This document shows positions 25,201 through 37,000 of a stretch of 64,000 nucleotides of DNA, piece by piece. A program made the position numbers and the translations under genes. The notes below the pieces were generated by a model. That model saw nothing but the letters and a program-made list of their open reading frames with translations. It did not search any database and was not told the origin of the DNA. The DNA lies in contig NMRA01000028.1 in NCBI GenBank assembly GCA_002633005.1, positions 669,726 to 733,725 on the forward strand. Reading direction: 5' to 3'. Numbering within the stretch: the stretch's first letter is position 1; every line of letters begins with the position of its first letter. The stretch comes from Phoronis australis. Lineage: Eukaryota; Animalia; Phoronida.

Positions 25201-28200
25201 TTAGCAAATAAGTTTTTAATACAGAGGTAATGATGCCATTTTATTTTCGGACGAATTCGGCGGATTTTATTCCAGACGTGCTGTGCACCCACTAGAGACT
25301 ATTTAAAGTTTTCTAGCATTGCTCTATTCAGTGGAATGTTTGAAATATTAATCATCCCTTGTATCTGCAATGTATGCAATGTATACGGTGGGCGCATATC
25401 AACGCCCCGCGTTGCTCTTGTTTGTGTTATCCATCGCAACATGAAGACGTGTATAGTATAACGGTAATTAATTATGCGGTTTATCGTCTGTATTTCCAGT
25501 TTTGGCGTATTCCCCTTCATTTCTCGTCATCCTGTTGGGTCAGTTTGTGCGTTCTGCTGGTTCCAGCCTATCTATCACAACAGGTACGTCCAATGGCACC
25601 AAATGAGTTGGAGTAGGGTTATTATGGAAATTTGTTACAACAGATGCGCCAGCAATAAATAGTATTTAAACCTTGGCCGAGGATACCTTGTGTATAGTTT
25701 AAATTGTAAGGGAGGCAAGTTTTTCCTGAATATTGGTCAAAATTGCTCTAACATAATGAATTATGGTATCTGGAACAGGCCTTATAAAAGATCTTGAGCC
25801 TGGTCTCAACTAAGACGGTCGTAGGGACGTTCAATGCCAGGGCGACGTTGCGGAGAGCTACTATTAATATAAACGTGATCGAACTTCACATTCAAGTCGA
25901 AAGTATACCTTCATAAACTATGTTCTTGAATCGTTTGCCAATAAAGCCGAGGATACGACCGTCTTAACTACAACTGGACTTACGATCCTTGATAAAACGG
26001 GCTCCTGCATTGGTACTATTTTTAAGTATGGCCTGGGCCTAAGGGTTTCCAGTGCAAATTTCACATCTTTCTAAAGATGTTGTGAATTAGCAGTTTTCAC
26101 CACTGAATTATTTGAGGTGGACATGTTTCAGGTATGTCGCTTCTGGTTCAGCTCTACAGCGAAGACAACAAACGGATTGCCATCAGCTCGCTAATTCTGA
26201 TCGGTGAAACTCTGGGAACATTAAGTGAGTGTATTTAGAAACGGTTTTACGTCTTTATATGCTGACTGTCTCCAATAGACATGTGCTATTTGCACTTCTA
26301 TAGTAAATCTCGGTGAACGTTCGTCTTGACGTACATGTACGTAGCAGGTTGTCGTGTGGCTAGAATGTCAAGCTATATGGTTTGCCTTATGGGAAACAAC
26401 CACATGTAAAGTACCAGTGACCTGTCTATTCATTTTTTAATCCTGTTTTTACAATGTTACATTTACATCTGTGTATTACTTGGTTGCGAAAAATTTCCGT
26501 ATCCTTGTTACAGTTGGTAACGGGCTAAGCGCGACTGTATACCAGTTCCTGGGCCAAAAAGGTCTCTTCCTTGGTCTGTCCACTGTATGCCTAGGCGATT
26601 TAGGTAAGCAATGCATCTCTACTTTATCGGAAAACGCAAGTAAGAAAGCTTGTTTTTACAGTGTCGGTTGATGGTTATGGTTAAGCAATAACTAAATGTA
26701 ATTTCAAATTGACGGGATCTACGAGTGATTAACAATTAAGTCTCAAATGGTTTTGTTGTATTTCAGCACTGCGCTTTATTCCAACGTACAAGTGTAAGGC
26801 AATGCCAAGCGAATTAAATAACAATTCTTGTTGTAAAACGGTGAGTATAGGATTCCGTTAATTGTAGGTTCGTAATTCATGTATTGTACATGAAAGTATG
26901 AAATACTTTATGATCGGCATGTGTGCCAATATTTTTCATAGCCAAAGTTTTATTTTTACCAAATTGCTATATGGCATAATATGAGTACGACTGATTGAAA
27001 GATATAAGTAAAATATGACATTTGATGACTACATCATGTAAAACTTGTTTTCATTTGAGTTTTGACCGAAGTTCATACGTTGAGTGCCATCAAATATGAT
27101 AGCTAGATTGTTAGTGCACCGCCAGAAATTTTAATGCTAAACTTTTATAAATTCATTTTAATTTAAATATTGAGTTCAAATTATTTGGGACTAAGTTGTG
27201 ACAAAATGGATTTGCCTCTTTATTTGACTCAAATGAAGCGAAATGTGTGAAATCAATTATGTTCCAGGAAAAAAGAAACCAAGAACTGAACATATGGAAA
27301 TTTGTGAAGGACCCATATATCTTACTCTTAATTGGTTTGTACAATAATTTTCTTTAACATTCTATTACATGAGACAATAAGGCAAGCATTTTCTATAAGC
27401 AGTAAACGTCGAGTGTTGGAGCGTTTGGACTATTTCACTTTAAAATGTCATATCTGTCATTTGAATATTGACCACAATGGCAACAAATGTCTATTTTAAG
27501 TAAAATCATTTAATTTCCAGGCATAAACATCACGATACGCGTAGACGTGGGTTCTGACGGCGCTATTCTTCCCGCTTGGTTATTGGATAAATTTTCAGTT
27601 TCTTGTTGGAAAATAGGTACGACTTCCAATTCCTTTTTTTCAACAACATGACGCATATAGTCTTCTGAGGAACCATTTGCAATTATTTATTAATAACATA
27701 AAGACAAAATCAACGTAGAATTCAAGTTAGATGCAAATTGTAAGATCTTGGAAATGTGACCTCTAGATCCAAATAATTTGCATAAAGAACAACTTTCTTC
27801 ATATTTCGAGGAGGGTACCCAAAACTGCATGGTAACGTTGAGAGAATGTATACCATTGGTGACCACCGATGAGAAGTGACGTAGGTAGACTCCCATCCCC
27901 ATATGTTTCGCATCTCTACAGTCTTGCGAATGCCGTTGTTTGTTTCAGGAGTGTTGCTGGCAATACCCGCCATGTTTCAAATGTCGGAAAGAGTGATCCT
28001 GTCTGCGATTTCGCTGCGATGCCGGGTCAGATATTGGACATGTTGTCTCCTAGGCGCCATGTTAACAGCCACAGGTTTATTGATAGTAGGTATACCACGG
28101 TCGCGCAAATTAGGCATGTGCGATTAACTTGTTTCGCCAACAGAAAATGTTTGCCGACATGAGCGTATTTAGGCACAGGGGATTAAGTGCAACTTGACCA

Positions 28201-30257
28201 ATATCTAGATTTTGGCACATGTGTCTATGCAAAACGTTGCTCCAAACCGTATTGTTTAAAAGTACCTTAAAAGATACTAAACCCTGTTTTGATGATTTCA
28301 GCCAATCCTCGTGCTGTCACCTGCTAATGCATCATTGGCGTCAATATTGAAAGGTAAAACGAGGAATCAACTAAAAACTCATACCCTCTCTCTCACAAAT
28401 TGGACATTAGGGTCCTTGGTGGGTGGTCTTTTCCCACAGTTGCCCTGTAATTCGCTAAAAGCGCAGGTCACGCTTATCCGTTTCGCAGACTTTGAAAGGT
28501 TTGAGGGTTGTGGAGGGTTACTGAGCATTATTTTGGTTCAGAGAATTTGATGGTTAAGTCGATTTTAATATCTGTTTATAGGCTCAAATTGGGTTTAGTA
28601 TTCCTTTAAGTCTGCTTTCAGTCAAAACCCCAGCTTGATTTAGACTACCTACCGTTATGCAACTGGTACCAACGTGTTTTTACATTCGACTAAAGGTGAT
28701 TTCTAAAGTTGCAAAAACTCGCAATTCGTTAATTTCTAAGACCAGGCACAGGTTAAGTAATTTTGTCACTGCAGGTCATTTTGTACGCCAAGCGTAGACT
28801 ATTAAGGAACATGTTCAGGCCAGTTATGAATCGGTAAGTGGTCTATATCAAATGATACAATATACCAAAGACTCGTGTTTTGTAGTTGCTTTTACATTCC
28901 ATTTTATGCAACAAAATTGAAATGAAAAAACATTTTCTGAAGTAAACCACTATTGAATAATAAATGCAAAGCGGAAGTAAGTAGTTCCCGTGGACGCACC
29001 AGATAGGTAAGCTTGCACTTTCAGTATCCTTATTGTCGGGTCTTCTGGATTATCCTACTACCTCAGTCGTTGGTGCGAATCGGGTCCGCCCTGACCACTA
29101 GCACCGTTAGCCCCATGTTGGCATACATCGTCGACCTGCGGCACGGCTCCAGCGCCTCCAACTACACATCAGTTTACTCACTCTTCGTAGTCTCGTACAA
29201 CTTCGGAATGATGTCGGGTAAGCAACCATTGGATTAGGCCACTTCCACTGCCTCAGTTTAGATTTCGAAAAGTTTCAACTTTTACTGAAGTTTACAAACT
29301 GGGTTAAAATGCATCATTTTGGTATAAAAGGATATAATGGCTGCGTGGTTCAAACAACACCCAAGAATAGCAATTGTCTTAAGTTATTTAAACAAGATTT
29401 TCCTTTTGTTTTTAAAGGTCTTTATAGATACACGCTCTACTGAAATGGTCGCAGGCAGATCACGAGACAGTTGATATAAAATGTGACCTAGGCTCATGGC
29501 AGTCAGGAAAGCACAAAAAGTCAATCTTTTAACACTCAATTATATTGTTTTGCTTCCCAGATACTATGATTTGAAGTAGTAGAAATATTATTGAGGATCA
29601 CTGTTCTTATGAAAAAATGTCCCAGGGTTCGGCTTCTATACATTGCAGTTCTTTCAAGAGCACTGGTCGGTTCAATGGCGCTCTGACTATTTTCTTACAT
29701 ATTCCTGGAAAAATGGGTCCAAAATAAAGTGAGAATATTATGTTCAGAGAAACCTTAAAAGTAAAACAATATTCGTGTAAAATGAACGAGTTCTATTTTT
29801 CTTGCAGGTCAAATACTGGGAGGTAATATCTTACGCGCAGTTGGGTTTAAATGGTAGGTACACTAGGGTTGTTACACAATGTCTTAACTTACTAAGACAT
29901 TAACACAAAAGGTGGCGTTGAAGTCAGGTTTTGTTTGAGCTTTAATTTGGGTGAAAATGGCTGACAGTAGCCAGTGTTAGCAATGGATAATGGACAAATA
30001 ACATTTGAAGTGAGGTTAGCTTAGGCCCCTAATTTTTGTGGTATGAAGATACCCTGTAGTAAACTCTATCCATTTGTTTTAGTCTTCACCAACTGTAGTA
30101 GGCTCTATTGACCATTCTTTTATCCAGGTTCATGGGTTTACAAACTCTGTTGCAGGCTCTGTTGGTCATTCTCTATTGTATCCACGTTCATGGGCCTACT
30201 ATCTCTGTTCTACCTCAGAATGGACTACAGGAAAGGCTACATCAATCTTCCCAATGA
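22298..30257 (+). CDS. Divergent SLC18A (vesicular amine transporter, VMAT-like) MFS transporter, ~459 aa
   Basis: 12 GT-AG exons: 22298-22394, 23098-23370, 25500-25583, 26132-26224, 26514-26603, 26767-26840, 27268-27334, 27521-27616, 27949-28085, 29025-29217, 29808-29853, 30128-30257. They sum to 1380 nt with an open frame. SLC18 landmarks: IFFAWIFDKMILTSLAPFLP, VGIILAS, HRFGYRAPL, KDPYILLLIG, LPAWLL, PMLAYIVDLRH, YTSVYSL, GGNILRAVGFKW. Luminal loop has NSS/NGT/NVT sequons. Confidence 0.88.
22660..22925. mobile_element. hAT-like MITE, 6-bp TSD
   Basis: Perfect 13-bp TIR CATGCGCGCACCC / GGGTGCGCGCATG, with TCCAGT on both sides. Confidence 0.9.
23586..23810. mobile_element. Harbinger/PIF-like MITE remnant (family C)
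   Basis: GGGCACCATTTTGTCTAGGGTCGTAAGTC...CTAAGACAGTCGT...ACGACCTTAGTT resembles the reverse complement of the right end of 25776-26007. Confidence 0.45.
24523..25421 (+). mobile_element. Helentron/HINE-like element, second copy
   Basis: Starts ATTATGCGTCCACAT...GGACATAT, has a GTCC/GTCT tract, shares GCCGTCATCTCTGTCTGGGCGTC...CTAGTGGCAATTT with the 8160 copy, and ends GGGCGCATATCAACGCCCCGCGTTGCTCTTGTT. Confidence 0.72.
25776..26007. mobile_element. Harbinger/PIF-like MITE (family C)
   Basis: Inverted arms ...AACTAAGACGGTCGTA / TACGACCGTCTTAACT...; right end TTGATAAAACGGGCTCCTG. Confidence 0.55.
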
Positions 30258-30321
30258 CAGCTAAAGGGCACTTAACTTGCCTTTGTATGTTAATTTATTG
30301 CAGTGTCAGGTTACCTGAAAA

Positions 30322-30533
30322 ACACTGATAACAGACTTATGAAGACTGCTCACAAGTCTGCGAACTCGGTTCTCCGATTCACAATAAACGACTTATGCAC
30401 CCAAAAAGTATGGCTGACAGACTTATATCCACTGGATGAGAGTCCGTGCTTTTCGGTGCGAGACCACGTTTTGTGAGTGGAGGCACGCGTTAGCGAGTTC
30501 GTGAGCTGTGTTGATGAATTATGGTCATAAGTG
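30322..30533. mobile_element. Degenerate MITE in SLC18-like 3' UTR region
   Basis: GCTCACAAGTCTGCGAACTCGG at the left versus GCGAGTTCGTGAGC at the right, with repeated GACTTATG motifs. Confidence 0.4.
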
Positions 30534-31035
30534 CCAACAGAAGAATCAAAAATATTAGCAAGATGACGAGGGTCTTATCCTCCATGATTTGTCTGGTTTT
30601 GGTGAAAAACCTTTCAATACGCAAAACTCAAGGGAGTTGTGTGACTGTTAACAATTTCAGTCATCTGTAATCAGATGTATTCTATGTATATTATTCAACC
30701 CAATAAATGAAATTTGTAAATTAGCTAATTTAATGGAAGAACTATAAAGCAATAAAAGTATACTTAAAAAAAATATTTTATTCCAATCAACATTTTGAGA
30801 TGCAATGAACACAACAAGTTCATTGGTATTTCTTCTTTCCCAAACACAATGAATCAGATTGCTTCCGAGTGAACACCATAACCTATGATACCTCCCTCAT
30901 ACTTGTACACATTACAGCTCCAGTGAACTGCCATCAACGCAACACTTGTACATAAGTCAACATCCACAATTCTTGTTGGTATCTTCCCATAATTCAGCAC
31001 ACACCATCCATGATTCAGCAGTAACAATCCAGCAG

Positions 31036-34000
31036 TCAGTGGTCTACATCGTCTGCATCATCAAACTGTCCAGTTTCCATTGGTTCATCATTTCCATTCA
31101 CTGCAAGATGCAAACACGAATCATTACTGAAATTCACTGCTTATGTGACAGTACATAAAGCAATATTTCTTTTCGTCAATGAATTTCCTTCTTTTTCTCA
31201 AACCAAGTGTACCTTCCAATATTTAATCCCTTATCTATATTATTAACTGTTGCACAACATGGAGGAAAGTATTGGTACAACTTATTACAATTGGTACAAG
31301 TGAGCTTCATTCATACACTTATAGTGAACTTATATAACTTATTATGTTATCCTGACAGCTTTAAAACACTTGCCATCTCACATAAAGCTCAATCTTAGAG
31401 GCCAATAAGCTTGCTCTTGGAGCACAGACAATGGGCTCAATTGAATGTGCTCTTGGAGCACATTCAATAGACCCCATTGTCTTGGCCCAGGTCATCTATC
31501 CAAAGACGGTGGGCTAAGTGTACTAATTCCCAGCTATTTTTCCATTAAGTGCAAAAAATTAACTAAAGCTTCGCTACAAAATAGGAGGATTTGTCATATC
31601 TGGTTTACACTAAATGAAATATCATCTTAAAGGAGTGCATAAAATATGCTGACGCAGAACAACTATTATGCAGCTGTTCAAACTGATCAACAAGTCAAGT
31701 AGTACCCATTAACAAGCTCCTGAAAATTAAACCCAGCACTAATATCTTTCAGACTAGTTGGAAACAATTCTTTATTCACTATCACAGTTATTAAGGCAGT
31801 ATAAACAACAGTAGTACAAGTTATACACTGTAAAATAACAATGTGCTAATAGTGCCCAGATTTTGAGAACCAGTTTTCTGCACTGAATAACGGGCATCAA
31901 ACTGGTTCTCAAACAGTGGGCATACTATATACATCTATTGCCAACAACAGCACAAGAATATCATGTCACGACTGTTGAGCAATGTTGCCACAATTAAACT
32001 TGCACAAACCCACCTGCAGGTGCGTTCTGCAGACTCTAGAAATTTGCCAAAATCACATGTTAAATTACACTAATGAATGGTGAGCATTTCACTGAAATGC
32101 TTGGGAGCTTATTAGCGTAACCTCACAAAATGGTGGCGACTGAGAGGTGATAGGTTGGTGAGGTTGGAATGCTGAATTATGGGATAGAATACAGTTTCCA
32201 TTCCATGAACAAACATTTCTTGCCAAAAGAACATCATGAGTGTCTTGGGTCAATGGAACATAACCATGGTAGTTGCCTCCAGAGTACATAGATATGGTAG
32301 GTGCCCCAGGGTAAAACATCTCCCCACTCACCACTGTCTCCCGCTGCCCCAGCCCGGGGCTGTGTGGTACCATCATCAAAGATAGTCTCAAGGTGTTCAA
32401 GAGTAGCAACCCCCTGTGGAGTCAAAGCGTCACCCTCACCCTCGTCACCACAGTAGTCTGTAAAACAAAAGTACCTGTTGAGCACCAAGGAACAGAAACA
32501 GAATGCCATGTCCAGTTTGTTGGCCTGGAACTTATCATAATGGATGATTCGATGCTAAGTAGCTAGGGCTATCAATGAGCAAGTCCTTCTGATATCTGAA
32601 AAGATTTAGAATTTGTTCACCTGAATGGGTGTCGTGATGGGATAACAGTCTCATTAAGTGAATGCATTTATGAAGGCAGCACTATTGGTTCAGCACTGTC
32701 AATAACCCACATGCAGAAACATAGTGTGCATGTCAGGAGGTAGCTGAAGTGTTGCATGCTGGGATTGACCCGAGTAACCTGCCTTGCATTCAATAAGGAA
32801 AGCTCTTCAAATTGTTAGACATCGCTAATGAACAACTCATTTTCCATCTGTGAGAAACACTCGCCGAAAAGGAAAGCCCTTTCTGCGAGCGCGCCGTTAA
32901 ATATCACTATCTCATGAAGCGTTTTCCTTTATTGAACGCAAAGCAAGTGTCGGCACTGGTGTGCAAGAACTCGGTAGGCTTACAAACAAAAATAAATGAA
33001 AAAAATTTGACAGTAGTAGACATGGCAGGGGCTGTCATATACAAGGTGCTTGAAGCGTGCTCAAACGTTGGATGCATTGTAGAAATGCAAGCACATAGGG
33101 CGTCAAACTTGAACTTGTTGCAAGGTAAATACTTGTACACTACAATTTTTCGACCCCTTTTCACCTTTTTTGTACCTTCATATAAATTTTGTAGATATGC
33201 TGCTGAAGCTTTTAACATATTTTTGTAATACAATGCTAAGTGGTTACTTGGGTCTATCCCAAGGTGCGCCATGGCACCAAAGGGCGTGGCTTTCAAAATG
33301 TAGGAGGTGCATATCGCCTATTTGTAAATTTCAAGACCTCCATTGATACTGGTTGGCAAAATATATACACACAGAATCCTAAACGTTTCCTCAGTTTCAT
33401 AGGAAATTGACACCAAATTGTAACTAAAGTAAACTTTCTAAAAAATATTCCCGTAGAGCCAATTATAAATCAAAACATTTGTGTATTGACTTTTTGGATT
33501 CAAATTGTGCAACAGCTATTGCATCGACATACCTGAGCATATGGATGTCATACCTATGTGTATAAATTATTTGGATTGACTTTTGGTGTCTAAACTGATA
33601 TTTTCGACTGTATGCCACGTGGACGTGTATGTAAAAACAACAGATTTAGATTAATATGTTGGAAGTATGTACATACTTCTGTCTCCCATCACATCTCCAC
33701 GAACATGAAGAACACAGAGGGACTGCTTGCAAGTACATGACTTTCATCACCAACAAGAATTTGCAATCCTTCAACTTATTTAGTCTCCAATGTTTACTGA
33801 ACATCTCTCACTGCTAAGCTTTGCAAAACATACTATAAATCTAGCTCTAATGTACAGTGTGTGGGTCAAGATTACTAGATTGTCCTGATGATGATGATGA
33901 AGTTGAAAAATCTCGTTTTTTATTTATTACTGTAAATCTATTCGCATGTCATTGAGAAGTCATCATTCCTATTACTCTGACCAATGTCACTAAGAACCAA

Positions 34001-37000
34001 AACTAGCCAATGCGTCAACAAGAGAAGAATTTACAACAATACTTGAGGTGACACCTTGATTGAGGTGACAGCGCCCCCCAACAGCATGTCTTACCATCTG
34101 AGTCATCACTCTGGTCCTCATCTGGATGTAATACTTGACAATCCGACATGGCACTGAACATTTGATCTACTGTAAACAAGAATAACGGGCATCTCAATTA
34201 ACACTGTCATCTTGAAGCATCAATACAATTAACAAATGAGATGTTTGTTCCTGTGCCTGGGCTCCTGAGTCAAAAATGAACTGCTTGGCTATAATCCTTG
34301 ACTCAAGTCCTTCCTGTCCGTGTCTCCGATATTCAAATGAAGAATTTTCCAAATTCAGTAAAGTTTAGACTCCACAGCTTAACAGTAATTCATCTCCTAT
34401 TTATCACACAATATGGCCGACAAGTGAAATTTCATGCTAAATTGCTCCACAAAAATAAAGATTAAGTTCACTTTAGTACATAAAAAGCTTGGGTTGTAGT
34501 GTGCAGATGTCATAAAACAACATTTGATGAAACTCCTATTGTTTGCAAAAATGTAATCAGCCTTTAAAAAAGGAAAAATGTCCATTTTGGCAATTATTTT
34601 TTAGTGAAATAAGTAGAGAATTACCAGGGTTTACACGATTACTCATGGATGGTGAGGTCTTGAAGTAAGCAAAAAAGATTAAATGTTACCAGTACTCAAA
34701 ACAAATAGGCAATTTGGCTAAAAATATCCTGTCAGAAGTCACTGCTTGCTATGGAGACTTGGGGGATTTGAACAATAAGTAAGCTCGTCAATGATAGGCC
34801 AAGTGTCTCTGTGACTCTTGAACAATAAGTAAGCTCGTCAAAGATAGGCCAAGTGTCTCTGTGACTCTTGAACAATAAGTAAGCTCGTCAAAGATAGGCC
34901 AAGTGTCTCTGTGACTATTGAACAATAAATAAGCTCGTCAATGATAGGCCAAGTGTCTCTGTGACTCTTGTCTAGAGTTGCAGTATGGCTCACACTTACA
35001 CATGGCCTTATTTTCTGGTACAAACTTCACATCTGTTGAAGTTTCGTCTCCAGAATCTTCGTTGTCTGATGAAGTTCCGTTTTCTCGCGGCTCTGTAAAA
35101 TGAAAGCATTTGCAATAAATTTGAGATGCAAAAGAACAATAATTGCCTTTTCTATGCCTAAAAAGCTTAAAGTTAGTAATTGAGTGATCTAACATTAACT
35201 TGAAACAAATAACAACAGCCAAACAGGGAAAGCAATCATAGTGCTTATCAATGTGTATATTGAAACTTGTGGTCTGTAACAATCAGGGCAGGGATATACT
35301 TAGACACTCGCCCAGTTGCCAATACAAGTAAAAGTGGTGCTGGGCGAGTAGAAATTGTCTTTCCGGTTGCCCAGGTGGCAAGCGAATTTTCGGAGCGCAA
35401 AAGCACTCTATCGTTTGGCATATGAACATGAATGAAAATTCTCCCCCTTGTGCTGTTTTTATCATGAAAACAAAGGTTCAGTTTGGTCAGCGTGTCGATG
35501 CTCCGGCAGTACCAAACATCAGCGCAGTGCGCTCCTACCAATTCAGTTGATGTCACTCCTTACTCAATTTGTCTTGACATGAGATCACAGCGGTTGGTTG
35601 TGCACAAACAAATTTGTGGACTAGTCTGAAACGAAGAAAAAGGGGGGAAAGGTCGAAGACCTGTCCATGTGCTCACAGCAAGTGAAATTGGGAATCTAAA
35701 AAACAGGGGCTGGGTGGTTAAAATCAAAATTTTTGAAAAGTGTTGAGTTGTTGCTTACTGCACGAAGGACCGAGTTTACCCTCACGCAGCTACACTAACA
35801 TCGCGGATTGAAGTAACGGACTTCCGAAGGCCTGTAGTGCACGATACAGTGGCGTCGTGATTCCAACGTGATTGGGTTTTTACGTACCTCGGTGGCTGTT
35901 CGTCATTTCTTAGAACTAACTAGGTATTCCTACAGGTAGGCGTGCATTCAGTAGGGCAAGCAAAATTCCGCTAGTTCGCGGTGTATTTCTAAGGGAAGCA
36001 CCTGATTTTGTAAAGACTTGCTTCTGGCTGGACACCTAGGCAATCAAACACATGCTAATGATTGACAGGTCTTCTTACTGAATACTTTGAACTTATAGTT
36101 AGGCAACCAAACACATGCTAATGATTGACAGATTTTCTAACTGAATACCTTGAACTTAGTTTGAACACTTGTAACATTTTATATACATTGTATATTTCTT
36201 TTTTATAGTTCAAAGTCAAAACCGCACTTGTTCAAAGCACGTGCTCAACAATGAGACAATATTACTATTATGCACAGGGGTGCTCGATCTGCTGCCAAAA
36301 TAATGAAGCAAACACACATCATGTAAAAAGTCACCAGGGAAATCAAAAGTTCAAAGAATAAGTTTTAGACCACGTGGATGAGGACAGAATGTTTGACTTG
36401 CGCTTAAGGACAAGTTATGATTTCTTGCGCTGTTGCTTTTGGTTGGGTGCTTCCATTTTGGTGTCAGAGCGAGGAAGAAAGCAGTTTTTAATGAAACTAC
36501 TTTTGTGCCAGATTTTATCTGGTCAGTCTTTTACCCACATCGGCGCCGTAGCTGTAGCCTATATCACTACATTGCATGTAGCTTTGCGCTAAGGCAACGT
36601 CTTGCGTTGCTGGGAATTCATCGACATCAAAGGTTTCTTAGTAGGAATTCATTTCCTAAAAATGATACAAGCCCTAATAGATGGTGACATCAACGCACAA
36701 AACGATGATTTTTATTGACATTGGCAGCAAGTGACGCAAACGGCTGAGCACCTGAACTTCGAGCAGGGCAAGTAGATTTTCTGGCTCACTCGCCCAGCTG
36801 GCGAGCGCGGTTTTGAAACCTAGGTATATCCCTGCAGAGTGCTGCTTATCAATGTACATATTTAAACTTGTGGTCTTTAGGTACTTGAGAACACTATACA
36901 ACTGAACTCAACATTAGAAATAGTCTTTCAATTGAAAACACAATAAAAATTCTCCAATTTGGGACAGTGAAAAATTACTTAATTTGACGAAGGTCCCAGG

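Noticed and set aside
22298-30257. Calling the SLC18-like gene a pseudogene or naming it SLC18A1/A2
   Set aside because: The frame and all splice sites are intact, and divergence at key residues is too great to assign orthology without a tree.
32907-33296. Overlapping 129-aa and 104-aa ORFs in a CLNS1A intron
   Set aside because: No recognisable domain or splice context. Probably a repeat fragment whose ends I could not define.
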